The notes under the pieces were generated by a model. It saw nothing but the letters and a program-made list of their open reading frames with translations, was not told the DNA's origin and ran no database searches. A program made the position numbers and the translations under genes. DNA of 63,944 nucleotides, the filler included, from Bigelowiella natans CCMP2755 (lineage: Eukaryota; Protista; Cercozoa): NCBI GenBank assembly GCA_000320545.1. It is 7 parts of 7 records of this genome, joined end to end, with 100 filler letters (N's around TTAATTAATTAA, not from the genome) between each part and the next. Parts side by side here need not be neighbours in the genome. Positions count along the whole stretch, not along the records: positions 22,295 to 41,114 come from ADNK01003201.1; 6 more parts are not named here. One strand, 5' to 3'. Below, in pieces: positions 24,123 through 36,993 of this stretch (within the stretch, counting starts at the first letter, position 1; every line of letters starts with the position of its first letter).

Positions 24123-25198
24123 TGCAAGCTAGCTAGCTAGCGAGCCAAAATCATTGCGAGGACTTGTCAATGAACAATGAACAATGAATGAAGCATTGAT
24201 GCAAAAACTAAATGAGCAAGAACCACATGGGAGACATGCACAAACCTTGCAAGAAACGTGGAGTCATCACAATGAACAATGAACAATGAACAATGAACAA
24301 AGCGCACATCATCACCCTTGGAGCATTCAGAACTCAAAATCAACGGCGTCTTACCGTCATTATAACTTGGAAAACAGAATTACGACAAGGAAAATTCTTG
24401 TCGCACCATGGTAATCCAGCACAGCAAGCACTAAACGTCTCAATCTTGGAAAGTACCTCACATACCCTTCTCATGCTTTTTCTCATACTTCAGCATGATT
24501 ACTGCGACAATTCGCTCTGCATTTGACAAATTCCATCGGCAATTTGTTCTGTGCGACATGAGTGCAGATCTTCTTACTTCACGTTTTGAAAAGCGATTAG
24601 CTATAAACAAACCGGTGACAAATTCTAAATTTGAAATTCCCTTCGGCCTCCGCTTTCTTCTTGCCCTCCTCCTCAGGCCACAAGATGTTGTGCTTCACTT
24701 CATCCGAAAGGGTCAAGACGGGTAGGACGGCAGCTGTTTCTCTTTTTTTGGCAGCCGCGGCTGCATGGACTACATGTATGCATGCTGCACGTAGCCAACT
24801 GTCTGTGAAGAGCCTAGCATCAACGACCGCACCGGTAGGTTGTTCTTCATTTTTCACATTTTGGCGTTAATGTTGGCTCCGCATTGACGCAAGCTTGATA
24901 GATGTTAGGGAACTGATTCCTTGGGGGATGGCTTTTGACCCTCACCTTGTTCCATAAACAATCCAATCAGCTGCCGCCCCTGCGCTTTCCTACGGTATGC
25001 TCGAGGGCCAGTCAGTCGCCCCAGACGGGAGGAGGGGGGCTACATTACAAACGAGGTTTAGCGGGAAGAAGGCTACGGAGCTGCAACTCGTGGCATTCTA
25101 ACGCAGGTTTAAAATACACCGAATTCGCATTGATTGGGATAAAATCAACCTCGTGCTTCTTTATGTGTAGATATCCCAGCTGTGTTCCGTCGCCTTTG

Positions 25199-26259
25199 AT
25201 GACGAAATTGTTGATTTTAATAATCTGTGCAGCTGCTGTCGGAAATGAGGGCTCCGACTTACTTCAGAAAGACTACGATCTGATCATCATTGGAGGGGGT
25301 AGGGCGTGCGTACGTGCGATATCTTGCAAAATTTTCATGAGTGTAACAGGATTTGCTCAAAGTTTACTTATATAACAAAATAGCAGAATGAACCGAGACG
25401 TTAGCTTATCTCTGTTTTCATTTTCGCCTTCCCACCCCGTCCCCAAAATACCACCTATCATAATTTTGTGCAGGTCCCACTGGGTGCGCTGCTGCTGAGA
25501 AAGCTGCATATGCAGGCCATTCTGCCATGGTGAAAGATAAGTGACTCATGATGATGATAACGATGAAAATAGTAGCGGAGACAGTTGGCTCAGTGAGCAA
25601 AACTACTATTTAAATACTACAATCAAACATATCCACAAATGTATACGGAGGTGGTAATATATTCAGGTTATTGATGATCCAGGAACGGGGAAGAAAGTGC
25701 AGCTTGGAGGACCCACCGGGCTATTTAGCAAAGCTCTCAGAGATACGGCATCGAGGTAAGTGATAAGGCAGCATCAAATTTCAACTGTGTTCTTACAAAA
25801 CCCAATTGATTGACGCAGCCCTCCTGCAATGCGTCCAACCGCATTAAGAGTAAAACTTTTCTGAGACGCGTTGTTACGAGCGCAGTGAGAGAGGAAAGGG
25901 CAATCCTTCGGCCCTGTCATGATTAACCCCCCCCCCCCCCCCCGCCTCCTTCGCAATGCATACCCGTCTAGAATCGATGTAAAGCTCCTGAAAGCGATGG
26001 GATTAAGCGATAAGAGCATTTGGTCTCAGGTGACTACTTGATTCAATTCAAATCAATAATCGTATCATCATTTCTCCTCCTCCTGTATTTCGCGAATATC
26101 TGATGGGGAAAATAAGGTGCAAGAAATGTGCAAAGAGATCCAGCTGGTTGAGACCCAGAATACTGTTCGTCGCCTCCGATCAATCGCGGTAAGTAGCAAT
26201 TGAGAGGGACTTATTAATACTCCTTCTTCGGGACAGTTGAAAGGGCGATGGCTACGTAA

Positions 26260-26313
<54 letters not shown>

Positions 26314-27288
26314 TCCGGTTGAATATGTACTGCGGGTGCTAGTGTGACCCTCCACCTACTATCGAATCGCTAAAACTGCAGTTTTCTTGAGAATGAACTG
26401 CTCTTTGGCTAAAAGGTTCCAAGGATACAGGGCAAGGCCTCCTTTACCCCCAAAGGTAATTGCTGCGAAACATCGAATATATTCACGAAGGAAACGTTGT
26501 CTGTATCGTTACGTCACATGCTAAGAGGGGGGGGGAGGGAGTCAGAGCAAGATGCTACTACTGCTACTGCTGCTGCTGCTGCGATTATCAGTATTTAATG
26601 ATCCTGTCGTTTCTTTGTCCCTTTGTTTTAATGGGCTCTGTTTAGGAATGGTGAAGCTAGAATTTCGCAATGGGAAATCAGTGGAGGTCCATGGCAATAG
26701 ATATCTCCTTGCAACCGGATCTTCGGCCTTCCAAGCAAGGGGTGATGTTTACTCTATGTAGCAGTGTGCATTCGTAAAAACGCTAACTATACGTATTGCT
26801 ATTCCGTCGCTCCGTCGCTGATAATACGGAGGGCGGTGTTCGTTTGCTCGTGTCCAGTAGTTGATCGTGTTGTTGATGGGTGCTGCGTATGGTAGGAATT
26901 CCATTTGACAGCCGCCGTGTATTTGACTCTGACTCTGTGAAAGACCTCTCGTACCTGCCCAACGATGTCGCAATCACTGGTGAGAGGATGATGAGAGAAT
27001 AAACGGAAAGGAAAAAGGAAATTATCAGTGCGAATATCTCTGTGACCTCTTGATGAAATAACAACATTTTATGTGTGTAAATATATATATATATATATAT
27101 TTATTTATTTATTTATAAATTTGTATTATGAATAGGTGCTGGCATTATCGCAATCGAGTACGCGAAGATCTTCGCAAAGTTCGGCGCCCACGTGACGCTA
27201 ATTATACGCGACTCAAGCTTCCCTGCCGCTATGGAAAGAGTGGGTTAGTAAACCCCCCCCCCCCCCCGTGCCAGCAATTTTTAAATAT

Positions 27289-27351
<63 letters not shown>

Positions 27352-28644
27352 CATATCTCCTATATCCTCCAGAGGCTGCAACGACCCCCCCCCCCCCCCC
27401 CCTTCTCTATATATGTATCGTGATGTAGATTCATGATTATAACGAATGCAAACACATATCACCGCTCTTTAACGAAGGGGTTGATCGAGACATCGCCGAG
27501 GCGCTCCGGAAGGACCTGTTAGCTTCTGGGGTAGAGATCCTATACAACAGGGTAGTCGGTGACTTCTCAGTGCCTCCCTCCATCACCACCCCAATGGCAA
27601 TTCAGCTGCTAGACCGCACTACCAACAAGCCTACAGGAGAACAACTGCGCGTGGATACGTACCTCTTCGCAGCCGGGAGGCTTCCAAATACCAACGGTCT
27701 AGGCCTGGAGGAGGCTGGCGTGCAGCTAGATGATAAGGGCCGAGTACTGGTGATACGATCACGCTTTTCTCTCTCAGTTTTTGTGTGCTGCGAAGTCTCG
27801 TTTTGCTTTGCAATGTGGAAGGATAAGGGCTGTGTAGTCTTGGCCAACAGAGAGTCTGCCAAAAGCATGGTGGTGGGGGCTGTTCTTGCTATCGTTGATT
27901 GTCTCATAACGTCGTTTTGAGGGGGGGGAGGGGGGTAGGGCATGTGTTTTCGGATTATCTACTCGTTGATTTGCTGCATATCCAGGTTGATGGAAACTTG
28001 GAGACCTCCAAAAAGGGCGTCTATGCTGCGGGAGATATCCTCGGCCCTCCCGGACTGGCCTCGACTGGTGAGAGACAACAACACAACACAACACTACACA
28101 ACACAACACAACCAACAACTGCAGCGACTAGAAACGCATGTGTCCTTTCTTTACCTTTGTGATTAGACTTAAACCTATCCCTTGCGTGTGCTGTGCGAGG
28201 CCCTCTGCCCTGAATGCGATGTACTACTCGCCTTTTTGATGATTTGCCTCTCTCCCAGGTATTGAGCAAGGTGCGGCTGCCGTTACGCACATGTTCAGCA
28301 CGCCAAAGGAAGGGGAGGCGGGGGGGGGGATGGGGAAGACGTCCTTCGATCCCAAATCCTACCTCTCTGATCCAAATCGGTTCCCTGTTGGAATCTGGAC
28401 GAGCCCTGAAGTTGCATATATCGGCCTCACAAAGAAGAAGGCGGTACTTTGCGATTTTTCCTTCTCCGTCATCAACCGTTTGTTTCCCAACAAAAAATAA
28501 GAAAGCACCGAGTTTCGCCTACTCACTCTCGCTTTTATTTTGGTATACGCATGCTGAGCGTAATAAGACCGACATTTCGTTCATAAATCTCGATCTGCGA
28601 CATGTGCATGAGCCTTCTGCTTCTTAATCTTTCCGAAGATATCT

Positions 28645-28682
<38 letters not shown>

Positions 28683-29904
28683 AATATTTAAATCGCGGAT
28701 TGGAGACACGACGAAATGATGAAGCCGTTGTGTGGCCTCTAGGAGGAGTCTGGGTATTCGGCAGTGGAGGGGGTGGCAAAGTACTCAGAAACGACGCGCG
28801 GCCGTGTGTCGCGCTCGAGTGGAATGCTGAAACTTGTTGTTGATGAAGGGGAGAGAGATTTGCCCGTGATTGGTGTCTCGATATTCGGCGAGGACGCGTG
28901 CGAGCTTGTTCACTACGGCATGGAGCTAGTACAGTCGAGGAGGCCGCTGCGGTGCGTGTTGGAAGCGAGTCATGCTGCGGTTACATATCATGAGCTTTAT
29001 AAGGTGAGGAATGGGGAAGAGAGAGAGAGAGAGAGAGAAAGAAAAATCGATTTTGGACATTGCAGTGTGTTGCGTGTATGAAAGACCTTGCTGCGTGTAG
29101 ACAATACAACGGTTATTTTTGAGTTGATTACGAGATATTCCCTCTCCAATGCACAATGTGACCCTAGGGATCAAAATGCGATTCTAAAAACTGTAAAAAA
29201 AACAAACAATTATCAATTCTGGAGACAAAAGGGGAAGAACACCGGTGTTTGTGACATCCCCATTAACGCAACCATTTCCTATGTGTCAAGCTGAATTATC
29301 ACTTTCTCATAGCTGATGATAAGCCATCAAATCACATGGGTGCATTGTGCCATAGGTTGCAGCGGTGAATATCGATGAGAACATCGACTTCTCCATCCAG
29401 CTGCGGTCAACGTTCCCTCTGGATGTCCTGCGTTTGGCCAAGGAAAAGTTCATTCAAGTGCGTCGGTCTAACTACTGAAAATGCGTACGAATTCCTCTAC
29501 TCTTATAATTTTTCTTCTCGGATAGTTTTTTGAGAGAGGGGGAGTAGGAATAATCGCAAGAAAATACGGTTATCTACGCTCCCTACAAAGCTGCCCGACG
29601 AAACACAGAAGCGTCCACATTGATGCTCACAGCATTCACGCGTGTGCACTTTGAATAACACGTACGACAGGCCACAGGAAAGAGCGGTACGGTGTCAAGC
29701 CATCACGATCTGACCGGAGTACGCATCACCTTTGAGGACGCAGAGGAAATCGCTCGGGAACTTTCTCTAATGAGACCTGCGGAGGACTTTGAAACGGGAG
29801 GGCCTTCGCTATCCTATGCGGAATTTTTCGAGTTTTTAAGGCAGCTAAAGGGGGGTAACACGGCACGGGGCATTACAGAGGAAATGATGTTTAAAGCCAT
29901 GTAG
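25199..29904 (+). CDS. sthA: Soluble pyridine nucleotide transhydrogenase (SthA/UdhA)-like flavoprotein with an EF-hand-like C-terminal extension; start uncertain
   Basis: YDLIIIGGGPTG, LGGPTGLFSKALR (no redox cysteine pair), YLLATGS, GIPFDSRRVFDSD, GAGIIAIEYAKIF, LFAAGRLPNT, VYAAGDILGPPGLASTGIEQG, FPVGIWTSPEVAYIG, GMLKLV and GEDACELVHYG, spread over about 14 exons. Confidence 0.8.
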
Positions 29905-31378
29905 AAACTTTCGGCTGCGTTCACGATCCATGCTGCTGCGAGCATCTTTTAAGGCCAAGTCGCTGACACGGCACATAACGTGTAAAAAGCGCATGATCTT
30001 GCACAATAAATCTTAAGAATCGTCGAATATAGAACATGTTTCTCTATCTCATACTATGCACATTGGCGTGCAACTGTCACATGCGTGCTAGCGTGCGTTG
30101 TTTCCAGTGGATGCATGCATCATGCTAGCTGGTATCAAGCTAGCCGGCATCAAATTGACGTACATGGTTTATCCTGAAAGATGCATGGGTCATATCATCG
30201 AAAGCATTTCTCACGCTGCGTGCAAGCAAAGCAGGGAAAAACCATGCACGTACTGACGCATGCCCAGCAGACATGCGCAAAAAGAGCCGATGAAATAAAA
30301 AAAGATGATCGATCGTCTCGTCTGCTAACAAGTGCTAGTCATCATGTGCTAGCATCTCGATCTAGCTAGATAAATACTGAATATGTTAGGTTGATGTACA
30401 TGTAATTTATCAAGCTAGCAAGCCATAATTCATAGCCTTGTCGCATGTGCTACACTAGTACACCGTGGTGAATGTACGTTTAAATTTGCACTTTGAGTCA
30501 TCGGTCGCACGGTCTAGATCTAGATGGTGCACCCGTGTGTGCGGGCTGGGAAGTTCTCGTAGTGCTCTGTGCTGTCAAACTGCAATTGCAAATCCAACTC
30601 TAGAACTAACCAAACAAAATGAAGCTTCTCATTTAACGGACAAGGATCATTGTTCTCGTTGCAAACAAACACATACAATATGAAGCATGTGTGCGCGTGC
30701 AGCACTAGCTACCTAGACTAGTAAAGCATGTCAGATGAGAGTCACAAATAAAATGGACACTGCATGCGACCACTGCACTTCATTACTAGAGTACACCAAG
30801 TGGTTGCCTGTGCATGCATGCTTAATTAGTCGTGCGCGACACGTGCTAGCATGTGTGCGCGCGTGTGTGTGTGTGTGTGTGTGTGTCTGCAGCATGCATA
30901 AGCGCATGCGATCTGTGCATGTGCGCAATGTTGTCACTCCGGCATGACCAAAGCTAGCAAAGTGCAGGACCTCGTGTGTTTTAGCATGCATTGCCAGATT
31001 GCAATCTAACAATGATGGGGTGCTGCTAATCGAAGGCAGGTTAGCAGGCGATGCGCAGTCACATGCATGCTAGCATGATTGCATTGATCTGGATGTAGCG
31101 CTCGGATGTTGTTGCCGATTGAGGTGTGGTGTGATGTGTACAACACCATTATTCACATTGTTCAACCATCAAAATATCTAGGCAAGCTGCAATGTGCATG
31201 CGCGTATTTTTCACAGCAGTGAAGCGGCTCTTCAGCGTCTTTCTTATGGTATCAACGCCGCAATATTTTACATATTAAAACCATTTTTCTTCATTTCATC
31301 AAAATTCTAATCAACACGTCATCAGATGCACGTGCATAGTGCACATCATATGCCTTGTACTCGATTCGAAGTTGCTCA

Positions 31379-31654
31379 TTATTCAGTCACTTTCCACAGT
31401 TTTCTTAACGCATCATAGCCCAGCTTATCATGGGTTATTAGCTGACTTTTGTTGAAAGGATACCATTTGTTCAGCTCTAGCCTATCATCCGAACAGAGCA
31501 GTGCAACGGAAAGCTCTGCAAAGTACCTAATCCATAAATAGCGCTATAACACGAGAGAAAAATCTGAAGAAAAAGAAGCGGCTTTCTTGACCAAACACAA
31601 CCACAAAAATACCGCCTTATAATATACATGCACACACCTATAAATTATATATCG

Positions 31655-31691
<37 letters not shown>

Positions 31692-33226
31692 TTTATATAT
31701 GTATTTATATGTATTTATATATCTTGCATTTATTTATCTGTATAATCATTGGTGTGGGTATCCGTGTTTGTGTGTGGTTGTGTGTGTGATGTGCCTGCCT
31801 CAATCCTTCTGTCCTGTGCTCATAAATTTCAACACACAAACCATCCTCACACTACTACTACTACTCCTACTACAAACTACTACTCTTTATGATTCGTCGC
31901 AGCATATCCCTTCACTGGGCCGGCCTCTCCCTGAGCGCCATGGACGTCGACCCTGTTGTATAATCCCTTATCCATTGCATTCTCATACACCGCAACAACT
32001 AACGGATTGTCAAATCCTCTCTCCACCACAGTGTGGTGATACGCATGTGATAGCTCATGTAGCAGAAGGCCTCCCTGACCCCAAAGACCGCGCGAGTCTA
32101 GGTAATCCTGAGCCCTGTATATTTCAACCCCCCCTCTCTTCTCCGGCATCATGCGATGCTGCTGAAGCCACTCGCAGGACGGGTGAAAGCACATCCCAGA
32201 GGCGTCTATGGGACTCGATGAATATCCATACCGAAGGCTGTCGTTCACCCAAAAGGCAGTGTGTTTGCGCAAAATACTCCCTGCATCGGAGGGTATGTAC
32301 TCATTTACGGCTTTTAGATCAGCTCGAAGACAATCGATGACACTTTTGTTAGCTTCTAAACTCGGAGCAATATTGATGCGCCATCCCTCCACACACCTCT
32401 TTGCATACCTTGTGTATAGCAATATCATCATCATGGAGATGTAACGACGGAAGAGTGAAAACTCACTATGACAATGCAACATAGGAATAAGACAGACTTG
32501 AAGCCGACTTCTATCACAGAGTAAATTCTCCATGATTTCATTTTAAAAATACAAAGCAATTTTCTCCGGTGTCTAAATTTTAAGATTAGGCTGAAGAAAA
32601 ATACACAATCGACAGGCTGCTGCATATTCGTACTTGATCCTTGTGAGGTCAATCACCTCGCCGTGATTTATCCTCTCGCAGCACGCTTTCACGAGGAGCA
32701 GTTGTTTGGTTTTGTCTTCTAGAATTCTGAGACTATGGTTGACGACGGTCTTCACCAATTCATCGTCGTTCTTGCCTTCGGGTGATGATTTGTCAGGCCA
32801 AAGCTTGGAGCGGTAGGAAATAAAGCTAATTTTCGAAGCCTCTAGATTTTGGACGTTTGTTATAGTCCTGCGCGTGCTTGCGGGAAGTTGCTTGAAGACT
32901 ACAAACGCATGGCCAGGATGAGTCATTTCACTGTGACTGTGACTTAATGAGCCGTCCTTGATCGCTCCTTGTGGGTGTATTCGATAAAAGTGGTGAAACC
33001 CGCCATTGAAATCAACCTGCTTTTCGTTATAACGGGAAAACACACGATGGTATTGATATTTCGACGGTTCTTGTGTTGGTGTATTAGGATTGAAGGTGTT
33101 TTCTAGACCCAGCAGAGTGTGAGGGCGGATTTCGTCTCGTTTTTCACAGTGAATCTTGTGCATTGCTCTCCCATGTCCTCCGAAGCCAGGCACTGACCAT
33201 CGACGTGAAGTGCGTTCAATGTTCAA
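31379..33226 (-). CDS. HEXXH zinc metallopeptidase-like protein with a VHL-beta-like N-terminal region; start uncertain
   Basis: LLLHELSHAYHH..YAATNHKE splices to YFAELS..NKWYPFNKSQLITHD (last exon ~31526-31379). The upstream ORF has VDFNGGFHHFYRIHP..EMTHPGHAFVVF. Confidence 0.7.
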
Positions 33227-33923
33227 AATAGCACATCACAGGGTTAATTGTATCTTCGCAATTTTGACCTGTGTCGTTGAGATCTCGAAGTGCCTCCTCG
33301 CTGGTAGGAGTCGCCTCCCGCAGCAAAGCCCCATTCGAACGGGGTGCACGTTGGTTCAAAATTACAAAATTTTCTTCACTGCGACATGAATGAAACACAG
33401 TCGGACGTCCAAAACGCGACTCATTTGCTACACCGAGAATCCTATTTCCAAACTTCGGATCTACCGATGAGAGCCGCAAACATCCACTTAGTACGACAAG
33501 GTTTCGTGGGCATTTTTATCAGCGCAAATGAGAGAGTTGCTAATTTTAGACAGTTGATGATTGCGGCTCTAAAAATAAACGGACTAAAAATAGACACCAT
33601 TGAGAAAAATAGACAAAGTAAAAAATAAAATGCCTCCATTTTCCTCTCAGGCACTCCGAATAGTATGTCGCTCCTGGCAGAATGCAAAGCTGTATGCCTC
33701 GGTAGTGCTGGAAAAGTGAGCACCATGTGTTTGTTAATCGACCATTGCGCCCAACCCTGCACGCACACAATCCAACCGCAAAGTATTCCAACGAGAACAT
33801 TGCCAACAAACCACCGACGCCAGTTTTAGGCTTCCAGCCAACTAGATTTCCAAAACAAACTGAAAGGAAGCTATAGAAAATCTGCAGTGCGCAGAAAGTA
33901 AAAGTTGCAATCCAGACAGAGCC

Positions 33924-36900
33924 ATGGATTCCAAAAGTATATCCCAATCCACGATGAGTGACCATAGCCACACGACTGATGTGGTAGTCAAGGCCACACC
34001 CGCTGAGGCAGCAGCGAAATCCTACGAAAAGAAAATTCCGATCTCCACAGTCCCACTGTCCAAAGAGCAGGTAAAGCAGAGGTACGGCGTGTACAAAAGC
34101 AGCGTCTGTGAAATCAGAGAGAAATTCGGGGCCAACGTCATCAAAGAGGAGAAGTCGAGCAAGCTTGCCATATTGCTAAGGCAGGTAGCAACGTGAAATA
34201 TGGCCCTTCATAAAAAATATGAATCGGAGGATCAATTCCAATGTAATGCGGGTGATTTTTTTGTTTTCAGTTCACTGGAACGATGCCGGTGATGATCGAA
34301 ATCGCAATGGTTCTAACTGCGGTATTGGAGAAGTGGATCGACTTCGCAATCATCGCTGCGATGCTTCTCATCAATGCAGGAATCGGATTTCACCATGAAA
34401 ACTCCGCCAAAGCCGCGTTGGCAGAGGTCGAAAGCAAGCTCACAGCCAACGAGAAAGTCCAGGCATTTCGCAAGGCAGATGGAGGGGAGATCGAAGAGAC
34501 CGACCTCAAAGTGGAGGAGGTAATTGTCGGCGAGCTGATCTATGTTCGCGCTGGCGATGTAATTCCAGCAGATGCCGAGTGGGTGCACGGTGATAAACTG
34601 TTTTTGAACAAGGCCAGTCTTACTGGAGAGACTAGACCAATCAAGGTCCCAGAAGACGAAAAGAACGTGTTTAAAGGAAGTACTCTCATCCAAGGGGAAG
34701 GCTTCGTTGTCGTGACAGCAGTAGGAGAGCACACAATGCAAGGGGAGGCCTCAAAAGCCATGAGTTCTAGCGAGCAAGCTGCTTCGCCTTTGCAGAAATC
34801 TATTCAGGGTGTGGTGAATTGGCTAGTGGCCGTGACTATCGTTATCGTTTTCTTCATCTTGATCATCCAGCTTGCTGTGCGAGGAAAGGATGTCCGTATG
34901 GTTCTTTTAGCAGCCACCGGGTTGATAATTGCTGCTGTCCCTGTCGCTCTTCCTATGGTTGTGACCGTCACTCTTGCTATAGGAGCGACGGAGCTTGCCA
35001 AGCAGGGCGCCATTATCGCGCACCTGTCGGCTATGCAGGACCTGGCCTCCATGGATGTTCTTTGCTCAGACAAGACTGGAACGCTCACAACAGCGAAGAA
35101 TGACGATCAGCCTAGGGAAAATCTGGGTCAACGAGGCGATAGAGAGGATGTGTTCTCGATTCTCGAAAGCAAATGTCGTAGAGCTGGCAGCACTTTGCTC
35201 CACGCTTGAGAACGCCAAGAAGAATGAAATTGAATGCTCGGTGTTTGAGGCCTTGGAAGAAAGTCAAGGATACCGATGCAGCGAAGTTTTACAGCAACTA
35301 CCATTGCGACATCTCTAAGGGTGATGTATACTTTGGATTTAACGCAAATGTGAAACGCACTTACTGCACTCTCTCTCGCTCGCCACAGTGCGGCTGTGAA
35401 TCGAAGCTCCCCGAGAAGCTAAAGATATCGAAAGGCCTTCTCACCAAGGTGCTCAACAACAAATCTTCAGATGATGACTCTGGAGAGGTGCAGTGGGTCG
35501 TTCAGGACTACGATATCGTGGGGCCAATTGCAATGCAGATCGATGAGAAGTTTGGCAGAGCAGGATATAAGACTCTGGCTGTGGTTGCAGATATTAGGCA
35601 AAGTGCGGGGAGCGAGGTGCATATGAGCTTAGTCGGCATCTTGCCCATTAAAGATCCTCCTCGTGCCTCTACGGAAGAAACAATAGAGAAGATTCGACAT
35701 GCATTGATCAACGTGAAAATGGTGACTGGCGACCATGAAAATATTGCCCGAAATCTTGCGGCCGACATCCATCTCGGTGGAAACTTCTTGGTGCATGACG
35801 ATTTGTGGCCTGCGTCAGCCTTGAGGGATGAGAAAGTGGAGAATATGGACGGTATTGCGCAAGTGACGCCGAAAGACAAGCACGAGGTCGTTTCTGTGCT
35901 GCAGCGAAGAGGCCATGTCGTTGGGATGTGCGGGGACGGTGTCAACGACGCCCCCGCCCTGAAACTGGCCAATGTGGGATTTGCAGTCCCCGGCACCACT
36001 CAAGCGGCTCGGAACGCAGCGGACATTGTTTTGACCGATTCCAACGAAGGGAAGAGCGAAGGCCTCGAAGTCATCTACGATGCGATTGTCATTTCTCGCG
36101 AGATCTTCCAGCGTATCCAAGCCTACGTCCTCTATCGCTTCGCCTCCACAGTGCTCATCATCATCTTCCTGGCGGTGCTGACCTTCGCGTTTTCCGCGGA
36201 CTTCCCGGCGCTCTACGTGATTCTCCTGGCAATCATCAACGATGTGACCGTGGTACCGATTTGCACAGACAAAGTCGTCGGCACGAAAGGGCCTTCTGCT
36301 CTCAATATGCTCACGGTCCTTGGCCTTTCCTGCGTGATCGGGGGGCTCCTTGCCGTGCAAGCAATCATGACGTATTGGGGAAACCCATTCGGTCTAAACG
36401 GCATGGACGCCGAGGAAGTTGCCGTGTATCTTCAAATATCGGTGGCTTCTCAGTTCATGATCTTCATTTGCCGGACGGAAAAACCATTCTTTCTGACCAT
36501 TGCCCCACATTGGCTGCTCGTTGCGTCCTGCAGCTGCGCACAGCTTTTAGTCAGCTTGTGGTGCGGACTGGGCGTTGTTGTCGCGGTCGCCATTCCCATC
36601 GAAGCCATCGTGTACATCTGGCTGTACTCCTTGGCAGGGCTGCTCGTCGTGGACATGTTCAAGTGCGAATATTACTATCTGATGGATCCTGACCTGCACC
36701 ACAATCTCTATTACACATGGGTTTTGGACTTAATTTGGTGCCGAAAACTACCGACGAAAAGGAAGGCCGCACTACCAAGACTCCCCCGTAGAACGTCCCC
36801 AGCAACCATTCCACGTGATCTCACAGGCCTCTACCTTCGGAAGGACCATGTGGGCAATCTTACACTGGACATGCAAACTATCATTCGCCGCAGCATGCAC

Positions 36901-36993
36901 ACGTTGCGCAGTTGTAGGGCAGACATGGAAGCGAGAGAAGAGGAGAAAAGGGAGTATGTCGTAGACGTGAAAGAATCGAAGGAGTCCGCATGA
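33924..36993 (+). CDS. P3A-type plasma-membrane H+-ATPase, one intron (~34185-34270), two +1 frameshifts (~35100 and ~35255)
   Basis: GDVIPAD, SLTGET, VPVALP, LCSDKTGTLT, DPPR, KMVTGD, GDGVNDAPALK and the TM6 motif ILLAIIND. The coding signal steps through ORFs 34283, 34995 and 35206 in three successive frames. Confidence 0.9.

Noticed and set aside
23750-24127. Repeated minus-strand ORF (also 47547-47957 and 57669-58373)
   Set aside because: It is the antisense frame of the identical LTRs, with different starts and ends in each copy and no protein features.
24330-24870. Short ORFs on both strands between LTR A and the SthA-like gene
   Set aside because: No recognisable motif or consistent exon chain was found. 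A small gene or 5' exons cannot be excluded.
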